DNA of 63,806 bases, filler included, from Collodictyon triciliatum (lineage: Eukaryota), in NCBI GenBank assembly GCA_043381765.1. It is 6 parts of 6 records of this genome, joined end to end, with 100 filler letters (N's around TTAATTAATTAA, not from the genome) between each part and the next. Parts side by side here need not be neighbours in the genome. Positions count along the whole stretch, not along the records: positions 19,005 to 37,853 come from JBHJMP010001328.1; 5 more parts are not named here. One strand, written 5' to 3'. Both the position numbers and the translations under genes were made by a program. Shown here piece by piece: positions 20,813 through 33,700 of the stretch (positions within the stretch are counted from its first letter, which is position 1; each line of letters opens with the position of its first letter). The notes beneath the pieces are model-generated. The model ran no database searches and was not told where the DNA came from. It saw only the letters and a list, made by a program, of their open reading frames with translations.

Positions 20813-23570
20813 ATGAGCCAGGGTGCAGAGGAGCTCAACAACGTTGCTCGCTCAATCATGGCGATCCGGACCATGGCTGAGTCAGCCACCGAAGTGGGAG
20901 ACTTCCCTCGGTATGAAGGGTATTTGTCAAAGTACGCAAACTTCCTCAAGGGTTGGCAAACTAGATTCTTTGTCCTAGAGACGGGCGTCCTCTATTATTT
21001 TAGCGACTACGAGACGCCGTCCAGCAGGGGGAGCATCAACCTGCAAACAGCCGTCATCACGATATCCACCAGCGACCTGCTGCGTTTTGATATCGACAGC
21101 GGCTCGCAGGTCTTCCATCTGAAGGCCCGCACAGCACAAGAGCGCCGCAAATGGATTTCATACCTTCGACGACACAAGGAAGTCCTGAGCAAACTTGCTC
21201 GCCGGGGCTCAACAGACCCTTCGGGAAATCCATCAGGGAAAGAGACGTCTGGGTCAAAAAGCGGCTCGGAGGGGATGGCTGGAATCCCTCATTGGGCGAT
21301 GCCAGACGGTGCGCGTTTAGTCAAGGTCCAGACAGATGTTTTTGCCAAAGAACTCGCCGAGCTTATCCAGACACTTAACCGAATGAGCCTTCGAAAGAAT
21401 TCAGATCCAGATCACAAAGAAGAGAGCGACAGCCTGCCAAAAGAGCAACACGGAAAAGAAAAGCAGAAGGAAAAAGGAAAAGGAAAAGAAAAAGACAAGG
21501 AAAAGGAAAAGGAAAAGGAAAAGGAAGACGCAGACCAAAATGGAGATGCACAGGATAGTTCTCCTCTGGTAGATGGGGTGTCAAAGCCTATCCGACAAAA
21601 AGGGAAAGTCGAAAAAAAAGGGGACAAAATTATAGTCGATCAAGTTTACCTGGATGAAATCTATGAAAAGATTAACCGGGTCAATATTGCACACTGCGGA
21701 TTGCAGGATTCCACTACAAAGTGCATAGGTGGAATGCTCGAAGGAGAACAGCAATTGAAAAAGAAAATTAGTGACTTAGAAGAAAGATTAAAGCAAATTG
21801 GGTCTCAAACAGGGGAAACGATTGCAGGACCTCAACCAACAAATGAAAGAGTTCTTCGTTGGACCGAAAGCGTCCCTGTTGATTCATTCTCTGAGATTGG
21901 CACTGACGTGTTCTACGATGCTATGGATGGGGATGGTACTATGCGCTCTGAGGAATCTGGCAGCGTAGGGGAGTTGGAGTTTGAAGACACTTTGACAGAG
22001 CCTGCTCCAGAGACAAAGTCACCTTCGGTGAAAAAGGTGACTCTCAATCTCTCCCCTACAAAGTTTGGCGGAGAACAATCAGATGGCGGAAGTACGGTAC
22101 AGATGAAAGCTCAGAGTACTTCACCACGTGGAACACCTGGACATGTCAACTCTCCACAACAAAACCAACAATCAAATATACCAAACCAACATGGGGCATC
22201 AAGTGCGGATACATCACTCTCAATGCCGATATCTCTGTCCACAACACCAACTAGAATCATCTCATCTATGTTTATTCCCAAAGACGCCCCTAAGAGCTGG
22301 CAAAGAAGACTTTCACTCCCATCCGACCGCCCTGCTGCCAAAGAAATTAACTTGTGGAATATTTTCAAAGATTCTGTTGGAAAAGATTTGACTAAAATCA
22401 CCATCCCCACTGTATTTTGCGAACCTATCACATTCCTCCAACGCATGGCAGAGGATTTGGAGTACTCTGACTTGGTAGACACAGCACTCGACATCACTGA
22501 CCCTTACCTTCGATTGGCATATGTCAGTGTCTTTTCTGTTTCAAATTATGCATCTACCTCCGGTCGGTTGTTCAAGCCTCTCAATCCTCTCTTGTTTGAG
22601 ACTTACGAGTGCATTCGACCAGACAAGGGGATATTGTTTATCGGTGAGCAAGTCAGTCACCATCCACCAGTTGGAGCAGCCTACTGCATGTCTGACAAAG
22701 GTTGGTGGATGAATTTTGATTCACCCATATCCAGCAAATTTTGGGGCAAAAGCATGGAGATCCACCCTCTGGGGATTTTCCACTTGCACATGGACAAAAC
22801 GGGTGAGCACTACTCGTGGAACAAGGCTGTGACAGTGGTAAACAATATCATCCTCAGCAATAGGTGGGTTGACCACTCAGGGTCTGTGCGAGTTAATAAC
22901 CACAAGACGGGCGACTATTGTGTCATAAACTTCATCCGAAAAGGCTGGTTCTCTGGAGCCTCGTATGATATTGCCGGAGAAGTCTTTGATGCTGAGGGAA
23001 ACTCCCACTATGAACTTATGGGGACATGGAATGAGTCGATTTCGTTCCGGCCGTCCAAATCCAATACAAAATGGACGTTGATGTGGCAAGCGAACGTGAG
23101 ACCTCCACACAGCAAGGAACAGTATTGCTTCACATCGTACACGATGCAGTTGAATGAAATCGACCCGATATCCAAGGCAAATCTTTGTCCGACAGATACG
23201 CGTTTCAGGCCAGACATTCGAATTCTGGAGGAGGGAAACATGGAACAGTCAAGTAACACTCACTTCCCACCTAATTTGGGGGTTTTTTTTTTAGATAAGA
23301 ATACCTGTATAAAATGAAAATGGCACACAAACTATTGTTAATTTATCGACACCTTACAAATTGGCAGATGCAGAGAAGGCTCGACTAGAGGATAAGCAGC
23401 GTTCTAATCGCAAGGAGCGAGAGAAGAACGGACTTCCAGCCACCGACCCAATATGGTTCGAATACCGGTATGACGAGGACAGCAAGTCGGAGGGATGGGC
23501 CTACAAAGGGGGATACTTCGAGACGCGTTTGCGAGGCGACTGGGGCTCCAATGTCCCTGACTTATACTAA
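20813..23570 (+). CDS. Oxysterol-binding protein-related protein (PH - FFAT - ORD); exons 20813-23252 and 23368-23570
   Basis: PH domain (YEGYLSKYANFLKGWQTRFFVL), FFAT-like DVFYDAMD, EQVSHHPP signature, PTDTRFRPD; phase-1 GT-AG intron gives EQSNAEKARLE. Confidence 0.95.
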
Positions 23571-24624
23571 TATGTGGAACTCACATATGGAGCGACGACT
23601 CCTCGCACACCATGAAAACCCTCATAACCTAACAAGAAGAAAAAAAAAAAGGAAAAAGGATATTAAAAAAAGAAAGATTGAAAAAGATAACCCAATCATT
23701 TCCTCACTTTTAAGCGTACTCCCACATCCGTGATACTTTTATGCTTACTATCAAGATGGTTCTCTTTCTTTTTAATCTGGATACAACCAACTCGATAAAA
23801 GTCTCTCGCCGTTTCAATTGCGATGGCAGAACCAGCGGTGGAAATGGCACCCTCCAAGCCACTTTGTTGCGGTGGCCCAACAAACCTCCGCAGGAAACCC
23901 ACCCGAATCGGCAGTGAGAAAGTGGTGAATCAATTCCAGATAAGTAAAGCAACCGCCAACTTTGATCACACGAGTCACAGAAAACTGCAGCGGACTCGGC
24001 GCTTGTTGGAGACCCAAGGCAAAGTAGCGCGGAGTGCGGTTGGGTTGTCTTTGCGGACAGAAACAAATCTCCGTGGAGAGTGATATGTGGATGCAGAGCA
24101 AACTACGTGGGGCCAAATATATCACATGCGATCTATTATTATTGCTCTGCTTAGGCATAAGTCAGCACCAAGAAAGAAGAACAGAAGAAAGAAAAACAAA
24201 GAAAAGGAAACAAGCAAGAGGTGTGACGGCACAGAGATGAGTCTGCGGCCGGAACCAGCAGAGCGCAGCCCACAGCACGCTGGCGGTAATGGTCTATTCA
24301 AAGCACATCTCTTCAACACTCGTCTAAAATCTTTTTATTTTTACCTGGTGAAGTATTATTCACCCAGCCTTGCCTCGACGATGGGTATAAATCTAACAAC
24401 GCTCTGTATATGTTTCGAACTCTCTATGTACTCATCATGCAATACGCTGGTACAATCACCTTGAATGGCTATCACACATAGAACGACAGATACTGGAAAA
24501 AGTGAGATATTTATTTATGCCAAAAATATTGGAATGAGAGCCCTTTTTTTTCTTATTTTTTCTTTTTCGTGTTTTTTTTCGTATTTTTCTTCTTTTATTC
24601 TCTTCTTTTTGTTTTTGTTTTTCT

Positions 24625-24725
24625 TATTATTATTAGTATTATTAGTTTTATTAGTATTATTAGTATTATTAGTATTATTAGTATTATTAGTATTATTAGT
24701 TTTATTAGTATTAGTATTAGTATCA
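24625..24725. repeat. (TATTAGTAT)n simple repeat
   Basis: Visible. Confidence 0.85.
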
Positions 24726-24779
24726 GTGCTGTTCTTGTTCTTGTTCCTATAATCATCGCCATCAATCAACCACCCATTT

Positions 24780-27700
24780 ATGGACGAGTTATCGCTGGTT
24801 GAAATCCCATCTAGATTGAATATTCCATTTGTTCAGATACTCAAGGGAAACCGCCCGAAAACCCTTCCACCTGTCAATACGGGAAAGAAAGCGCTGGTCT
24901 CGAAGAAACAGTATGATAAATTATTTGATTTTTGTGTACTTGTGTGTGATTGTGATTGTGATTGTGATTGTGATTGTGATTGTGATTGTGATTGTGATTG
25001 TGATTGTGATTGTGATTGTTATCTTTTTGCATGAAACATGAAAATATTGATAACGATATGGATAACGAGAGAGGAGGAGCAATCGAAGGTTGATAATCGC
25101 ATAACGCTACAACGCATAAATAAATAGTATTTAAGACATTTCTTTCTATCCGTTTAGACCACCATCTCCAACAAAAAAGGCGAATTTAAGGGGTGCCTAT
25201 TCAGAAAATCCTACTGAAGCCACAGCAGAACTTCATGGATATATAAAGAGTGCAGTGTTTGATATGTCACTGTTCACGCCAATTACAGCTGAAATTGATA
25301 AACTAGAAGTTTCCATCAAAGAGAAAAAATTGAATGACCAAGTAATTAAATATATCAGCCCTAAATCCATTATTTAGTCTTTCCCCTTTTCCCCTTTTTC
25401 CCTTTTCTTTTTATTCTGCTCCTTGCATAACTGATTTATTACGTGCGTTGGATGCAAATGAAATAGGCCCTGGATGTTGCACGTGAGCATTTACAGAGAT
25501 TGGAAGAAACAACAACCACATTAGATGAAATAAACGATCGTATTGCTAGGTAACCAAGAGCATTCAATTATTGAAAGTCTGATTTAAATAAAGTCGCACC
25601 TGTTATAGACACTAACCAGAATGGATATTGAAATAGGGTATTCTTGTCGTTTGACCGAGATGATGATGACCCATTTGGGAACGAACTTGACCCTGATGAC
25701 CCAACCTCTTTTCTGGCCGGGAGTGACCGCTGGGAGACAATAGAAAGAAGCAAAAGTGCTCTTTAATGATTTCTTCCGAAACAATCATATGAGTAACCAA
25801 TCAAAATTTGAGGACACGGGCTTTTAATAACGAATCCTCCAAAATACCACACTGAATGAATAATAGAAACTTTAATTACCATAAATTATCAATTCATACA
25901 TTTTATTGACACAATATTATTTTTAAAAACAGAGCTCATAAATGACATGCTAGTCGGCTACGAAAAGCAAATAGGTGACAGTGAAGGATTACTGGAAGCG
26001 ATACAGAATTGGTAAGTCTTGGTACGAATTGCCATATTTCGTTATTACCTAGCCTTGTAATTCATGAGGGTTTATTGCACGAGAACTTTCATTCTGATTG
26101 AAAGGAATAATCACAAAATAATCATTCTAAAATGCAGGTTTGTAGTCATGAATAACTTTGTGGAGAGTATTGTAGAAGAGGAAGAGTATGCACTTTCTCA
26201 AATTTCACTTCAAGAGGAAAATTCCAGGAAACCAAAAAATGTACGCAAGTGTTGTCCCTATCATATGTTCGCTTATTATTATTTTATTATTTTAAAAAAA
26301 ACTACTACAAAGAAATAATATACATAGCTTGATTATTTAACTACACTCTATTGGAACCGAAGGTATTGACAGAGGAACTCTCGAGCTCTTCCTCTGTTTT
26401 TGAAAACATATCATTATCAGCAAAAGCAGCGCGTGAAAAGATTCAAAGGCTTCATACCCAAATAGTGGACCGTAAGTCAATTGAAAGCAAGAGCGATTTT
26501 AAGTGGTCTACTTACAATAACTTGCAGACGAAGCAAAAAGGTCAACACTAATATGTGTGTTTTGATATGTAGAATGCTACAGTAGCCTATATGGGAAAGA
26601 AAAAGGACCAGACTCTGAAAATTCTAGGTATTTTACCTCATAGCGAAATCTTCCTAGTCGAGTCATTGTAATTTTTTTTATATACTTATTAGGCCTTTTC
26701 ATAATCATCCTATCTTTAGGGAATTACAAAAAATGATTCAACAAGCAAACACTGTTATTGAAAAACAAAATGCTGAGTTAAAGGGTGTGGTTTCAGTTAT
26801 TTGTTGCTAGATTTATTCCACATGAGTGAAAACCCAACGAAAACATTTAAAGCAAGATAAAGAACAAACCCCCTCCTATCAAGCCAACGTGATTAAACAT
26901 GCATATGTTATTTTCTATCCATATTGCACCAGAAAAGGGAAAAAGGCTTTTAGAATCTGAGGCCAAAGTGACATATCTCTCTCATATGTTGGATAAAAAG
27001 AGGATAGACCTCCGGGACATTCAGCAAAGAGAAGTATATGAAGTAGACCGACTGAAGAAGGAGCTTGCATCAGCAAATCGTCGGGGGCAAGATAGAGAAG
27101 TACGCATAAAAACTACTATTCATAATTTCAACATTCTGCTATCATTTGATAATGCCTACCATTATCCTTAATATTATACTTTCATTGTCAAAAACTTAGA
27201 ATGTGGCAAAAACTGATGCTGATTCGAACAAGGTATACTTACATATGTATTATTTGGGCATATAGATGCTCTTTTCATAATATTCCCGTTAACTTATCTA
27301 GGGAGGTGCTACCCCCAAAAGCCAAGCCCTAGATTTTGCTAATAGCAAGGTAGCGGGATTTATATGCATATATATGTATATTTTTTTATCTGAAATAAGG
27401 AAATATACGATTCTGTTAAGTATATAAAAATGGATCACTTGTTGGGTTAAAATCGCTTAACTATCTCACAGATGAGAGATTCATTTGCAAACTTCCCAGC
27501 CTTCTCACCACAAAGTGAAATGGCCGAGTCTATGTCACAAGGGATAGAGTAAGACTTTTTAGAAAAAGAAGAGAAGCATACACTCATGAGGAAGAAAACT
27601 CTCTTCTTTTTTTTTTCTAATACAAAATGAGGCGACATAGTATTTTCTTTTTCTTTTTCTTTTTCTTTTTCTTTTTTTTGAAAAAAAGGGGGTTTATAAT

Positions 27701-30700
27701 CGAATCGTGGATTATTTCAAACCTTGAACAAATGGATATTGGCATGCATATCATTAAAATATGAGAGTTTCGGGGAATAGAGGCGTATTATGTAAACTTC
27801 TCTAAATCACTTTGCCTTTTTTTTTTTTTTGCAGGACTTGGGCTGATAAGAGTGAGATAAACGGCACAGGAAAAATAGGGATGCCCTACTTCAGTGGTCT
27901 TAAATTTAATATTGAAATACTCATTATCCATCTTCAATTTTTGTTAGCGTCCCTCAATTTTTCGCTAGTTCACTGAAAATATACCAAACTCGGGATTGAT
28001 CAATACGTAGGTGATCCATCAAAAAGAATGTCCGAACTAGAAGTTTTAGTTCAAGAACTCAGAGTCCAAAAACAGAGTCTGATCATCCAAAACCAGTCGC
28101 TTATGTCTCAATCCGAAGCACAAATTCAATCACTAAGGGCCCAACTGATAGCAGGTTTGGCACTGCGCAGCATCCTTGCATATTTCGAGATGCCATATGA
28201 TCATAAATTGAACTGTTGTATAACTACATACTGCGGCCGACTAATAGCTGAAAGAGCTGCCAGAAAACAAAAGTTGGCCCAGCAGAAAATGTACGAAGAC
28301 CATGCAAAAAACCTCTTTGACAAATATAGGACAGAGGTATGCTGGTTTCAGACTATTTACATATCATTTATAATAGTCAATTGTTGCATTTTGGAGGTAT
28401 CGAATAATGACTTTGAATTTTATATTTTTAACACAAAATCATTCGACATGTATTTTCTAGTTCATGGCCGAGTATGAAACACAAAAGCTAATAAATGAGA
28501 GGGAAAAAACTCTCATTAGAGGGGAGTATGAAATGATTGTAATAAAACTAGTTGACCGGCTGAAAATGGTTTCCTTACTTTTTTTTTACTACTATTTATT
28601 CTAATTTACCTTTTGATATTTCATGCTGACCACTCCATACAAACAAACAAACAAAAAACATGCAAAATATGTCGGTTTCATTTGCGCATATCCTTTGCCA
28701 ACATCTCTTACTAGCCCATTAACATTATACAAGGTTGAAGGTACCGAACAGAATGCCATGGATTTATTAAAGTCATACAACGGAAAGTTTTTATTGAAAT
28801 CATTTGATAAAACAGACGAAATATCGAAGGTAGACCGTCACAAAATATATCAAAGTAACACAGTTAATTTATGTTCGGAATTCAAATTGAAAATGCTCTG
28901 AATTTACTTTTTTATTTTAAATACAAAGTTTTTTAACATACCAAAATAGATTGTCCAAGGAATCACTTCAGCAATCGAGAAAAGACAAAAAGTAGTACCA
29001 AAATATAAATATAATTGAATTATGATCAGTTTTTAAGTAATGATATTGGTATCCTGACCACTGAGGGCGTATTATTGATAGGATTTTAAACAGTACAAGA
29101 CGTCTGTCAATAAAGATGCACTGGTAAGTTCCGTTGAATTCTTTTCAATGCACGTTAAGACATTTCCTAAAATAATAATAATAATAATAATAATTATCTT
29201 CAACGATATTGAATTCAATTAATTTTCCATAGTCATCCGCATTCAATCAAATATAATCTCATTCATATAATACAGAAAGGACCTGATTTGTCCAAGCTTG
29301 GAAAATCTGTTTCTCAGGAACAATTTGCAGAGCTTCAACAAGATAATAGAGATAAACTTGCCTATCTGGAGAAAGAACTGAGCAAGAAGCCAGGTTTCGA
29401 TTTCAAATTTCTATGGGCATAACCTTACTTTACCAAGAATACTACTCATCCATATACACCTAACTGGGTCCTTACCCTTCGATTATGGAATTATAGCGGA
29501 CCCTAAATTGATTGACCTGATAAACAAAGCGACCGACGAACCTCCTGTAGTTAAGAAGAAAAATCGAAGGGCATCGGTAAGATATCAATTCTCGATTAAG
29601 TTTTCGGATGATTTATGAACCTTTCGATAACGGCATGATGAATCTATTAGTTAACACTTTCCTCCCCAAATCTCAGGTTGCTGTTGAACCCCGGCAGATG
29701 CGCTCCAGCTCCTCTTTTAAGATACCGCCCAGCAGTTCAGCGATTTCCTTTGAAGGGATCGTAGAAAATCCTGGAGATTCCAACATCATTGCTGAGCCAA
29801 TTAAAAAATCTTCTTCGAAATTGCAGAATTTGTCTGAGATCCCTTCTAATGCCGAGTTGTCACAAATGCCACCATCTCGTAAAGTTGTGAGAGAAAAAGG
29901 CTTATGGACCGAAGAAAAGGCTTCTGATAATGATATAACAAGTGAAGAGCAAAAAGGAAAGGAAGTCACTAAAGAGCCACATCTGGAAAAATCTAGTGTT
30001 TTATCAAAAACTGTTCAAGATGGGGCAGCTGGCAAATCTCCAGCACCAAACATTCCAAACGAGGAGAGCTCTCCCTCACTTGGAAAGACACCCATCGAAA
30101 AATCGAGGGTAATACAGGGGGGTTCCAAAGAAGCTAGAAGAAGGTCTGTTGTGAAGACTGGAGCAGGTGCAGCAAGTAGTCCCAAATTACAGGGGAGTGT
30201 ACCCAACTCGATTTCAAGGGACTCCATCTCCCGGTCACTGCCATCCAATATTCAAGGTTCCCAAAAAGATTCATCAAAATCACATCTGGAGTCCTCTGCA
30301 GGTCTCGCTGGACTCTCTGACCCTCCTCAACAAACTGATTACGTAGCTCTGGATGAACAAAAAGCTGCCTTTGGTGAACAAAGTGAAAGGCGTGCTCCTG
30401 ATACACCAACCTTACGACATGAGACAAATAAAGCAAACGCTATACCTAACTCGGCGGAGCCGATGTCCAGAAAAGATCCGCTCCCATTCAGTTCAGCTAC
30501 CAAGTATGCGGATGAAGTAAACACAGCATTAACAACACCGAAGACCACAGAGGTAAACGATTACGAAACTCCGGTAAGGTCAGCTGCAGTATCATCAGAG
30601 AATTCCGTAAGGGGCGATTCCAGAGGAATTTCACCGAGCCGTGAATTCAAGAGTAAGAGCAGTGACATCGCGCATGAAAGTTCCCATGAAAGTTTGACCG

Positions 30701-33700
30701 AAGAATACGAAGGCCGGAATTCGGAGCGTGTATTGGGCAGTCAAAATGAAGCTGTCAATCGTGATGCAAGAAAAGACTCTGAGAGAGAATCTCCTGAAAG
30801 CGAAGAAATATATAGTGAAGAGGAAAGTAATTACGAAGTTGTTTTTGAAGACAATGTGCAAGAACCCAAATATGAAGGCGACAAGGATTTACCCCAAATT
30901 AACTTAAGTACCACAAAAGAGATGGAAACAGAAGATGATGCAGGGGAGGAATTGTCACCCACAAGCTCTGGTATATCTCTCAGCGAAAGACTTGTACCGA
31001 AGTCACCGAATCAAGAGAGAATCTCTACCTCAAGTCCCCATTCAAATAGACCACTCTCAAAAAGCGCTACGGATAGCCCTACAAAGTCTCCAATAAAGGT
31101 CTCTTTTCTTCGTTTGGGTTAAACTTCAATCAATATAACATGACAATTGTCCAAAAATTGTCATGTTATGTGATTTCTTACAATTATAAAATGATTTCTC
31201 AATAATTCTTTTCTGTGTTACCTCAGGTAAGGACAACTGGGAGCACTGACGAAAGAATTTCACGTCTCACACAACTTCTGACAAAATCTAAGGTGAAATT
31301 GTGATTTACTCTGCCATTCCCATTTTTCATTTTGGTTATCTTTGTTTCAAAAGTGTAATTTTTTATCAATATTTTTTTAAAAAAAAACTTCAGTCTATGA
31401 ATGAGAGTCTTCAATCCGAATTGGAGAAAGTCACCAGAGTGTACCAAGAGAGTATTCAAAAAAGTTTGTTTTGCCCACTTATATTCTTTACCAGAGAATT
31501 TTCAAGAAAAATAAACTCTAAAAATACATAAATAGTTGATTTATTGCAACAGTTATTGAAGCAAAAGCAATTATCAGCAGAGATTTCAAAATCGAGAGAT
31601 TCTACGCCTATTGTCCCTCAGGTAATTACAATCATGATACCAAAGCTGCAAATTATATATCGACATTCCTCTACTTATTATTATTATGATTATGATTCAA
31701 AACGTGAGTTGAGTTGTCGAAAACTAAATCTCTTTACTTCGAAAAACAGGTCGACGAAACGTCCATTCTAAAAGAGAAGCTAGCATCATTAGAGTATGGC
31801 TATTTATAACATTATCAAGTTATTAAATTTGGGTGCCATGTTCAAGTCATCAAGCCCCTCGATGATTGTCTAACTCTTTTTCTTCTTTTTTTTTCCACTT
31901 TATTCCATTCAATTGATTGCTATTTCTTAAAATAAATACTAACATGACTACACTAGGGTCAAGCTGGAAACAAAATCAAACGAACTATTTAAAACACAAG
32001 AAAAATTGTTGCAATTAAGTAGTCAACCTTTAGCGAAGGTATGAGTGTAACCATTTCAGAATTAAAACCAAGCGATGGGCATTTATATCAGCCAAATCCA
32101 GACTTCTTTAAACAAGATGAAAATGGCATTAGATCTCAACATTCGATAGCCCGTCTCCCAATCTTCCTAATTCACATGGAATATCATTACTGCGCGTTTG
32201 AACTAATTTAATTGGATAAAATATGTTCATTTTGTCTTATCCTTAGATTACAGACTTAACTACATCGTAATTTGCGAATAGAAAGATGAAGTTACACATG
32301 ATGTCGGTGAGCCTGAACAACAACAACGGGTCGACCCGGTAAAAGAGATATATGAAGAGCGCATTTCTTCGCTGGTGCATGACCATGTTTCCATGTCATC
32401 AATACATTTTGAGAGGTAACAACACCCTCTCAATGTCAATTCACGTTCCTTGGTTATAAACCCTCACCTCCATTTCTATTGGCATTTTTATTTACTTATT
32501 TTCTATTTACATATGTACATTTATTATCAAAATAGAGTCAGAGACATGTACATTCGCTTCCAAAAGTTTTGCTCAGAAAATTTCGTATCATTACACAATT
32601 TCTGGGAAGGTTTGCCGGACGTGCCCAACGCAACTCAAGTATGGCTTTGCCCACTTCATATATGCCAGTTTTGAAATGTTATGAGTTGAGTTTACCTTAT
32701 TCCACAGAATGTGGAAAGAAGCGTGGGTGATATACTAAATCATTCAGCTACGCTACTTGATGCTTCCCTGGAGAAGTTTTGCCAGACACTTTTGGTATTT
32801 ACCTATGAATATTTTTTTACTCCAAATGTAATAGAAAATATATTATTGCACGGCATATATTAATATTTGTCTAACTAAATGAGATGATACGTTTACATAT
32901 CAACTAGGCCGAGAAGGCAGCCAATGAGCTGTCCATTAACGAATCGAATTCTCATAATCAACAACTGCAATCGCTCCTTAATATTTCCAAGCAAGCTNNN
33001 NNNNNNNNNNNNNNNNNNNNNNNNNNNNNNNNNNNNNNNNNNNNNNNNNNNNNNNNNNNNNNNNNNNNNNNNNNNNNNNNNNNNNNNNNNNNNNNNNNNN
33101 NNNNNNNNNNNNNNNNNNNNNNNNNNNNNNNNNNNNNNNNNNNNNNNNNNNNNNNNNNNNNNNNNNNNNNNNNNNNNNNNNNNNNNNNNNNNNNNNNNNN
33201 NNNNNNNNNNNNNNNNNNNNNNNNNNNNNNNNNNNNNNNNNNNNNNNNNNNNNNNNNNNNNNNNNNNNNNNNNNNNNNNNNNNNNNNNNNNNNNNNNNNN
33301 NNNNNNNNNNNNNNNNNNNNNNNNNNNNNNNNNNNNNNNNNNNNNNNNNNNNNNNNNNNNNNNNNNNNNNNNNNNNNNNNNNNNNNNNNNNNNNNNNNNN
33401 NNNNNNNNNNNNNNNNNNNNNNNNNNNNNNNNNNNNNNNNNNNNNNNNNNNNNNNNNNNNNNNNNNNNNNNNNNNNNNNNNNNNNNNNNNNNNNNNNNNN
33501 NNNNNNNNNNNNNNNNNNNNNNNNNNNNNNNNNNNNNNNNNNNNNNNNNNNNNNNNNNNNNNNNNNNNNNNNNNNNNNNNNNNNNNNNNNNNNNNNNNNN
33601 NNNNNNNNNNNNNNNNNNNNNNNNNNNNNNNNNNNNNNNNNNNNNNNNNNNNNNNNNNNNNNNNNNNNNNNNNNNNNNNNNNNNNNNNNNNNNNNNNNNN

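Noticed and set aside
23696-24500. Possible small minus-strand gene between OSBP and the coiled-coil gene
   Set aside because: Composition looks coding-like, but I could not build a consistent spliced frame or recognise a motif.
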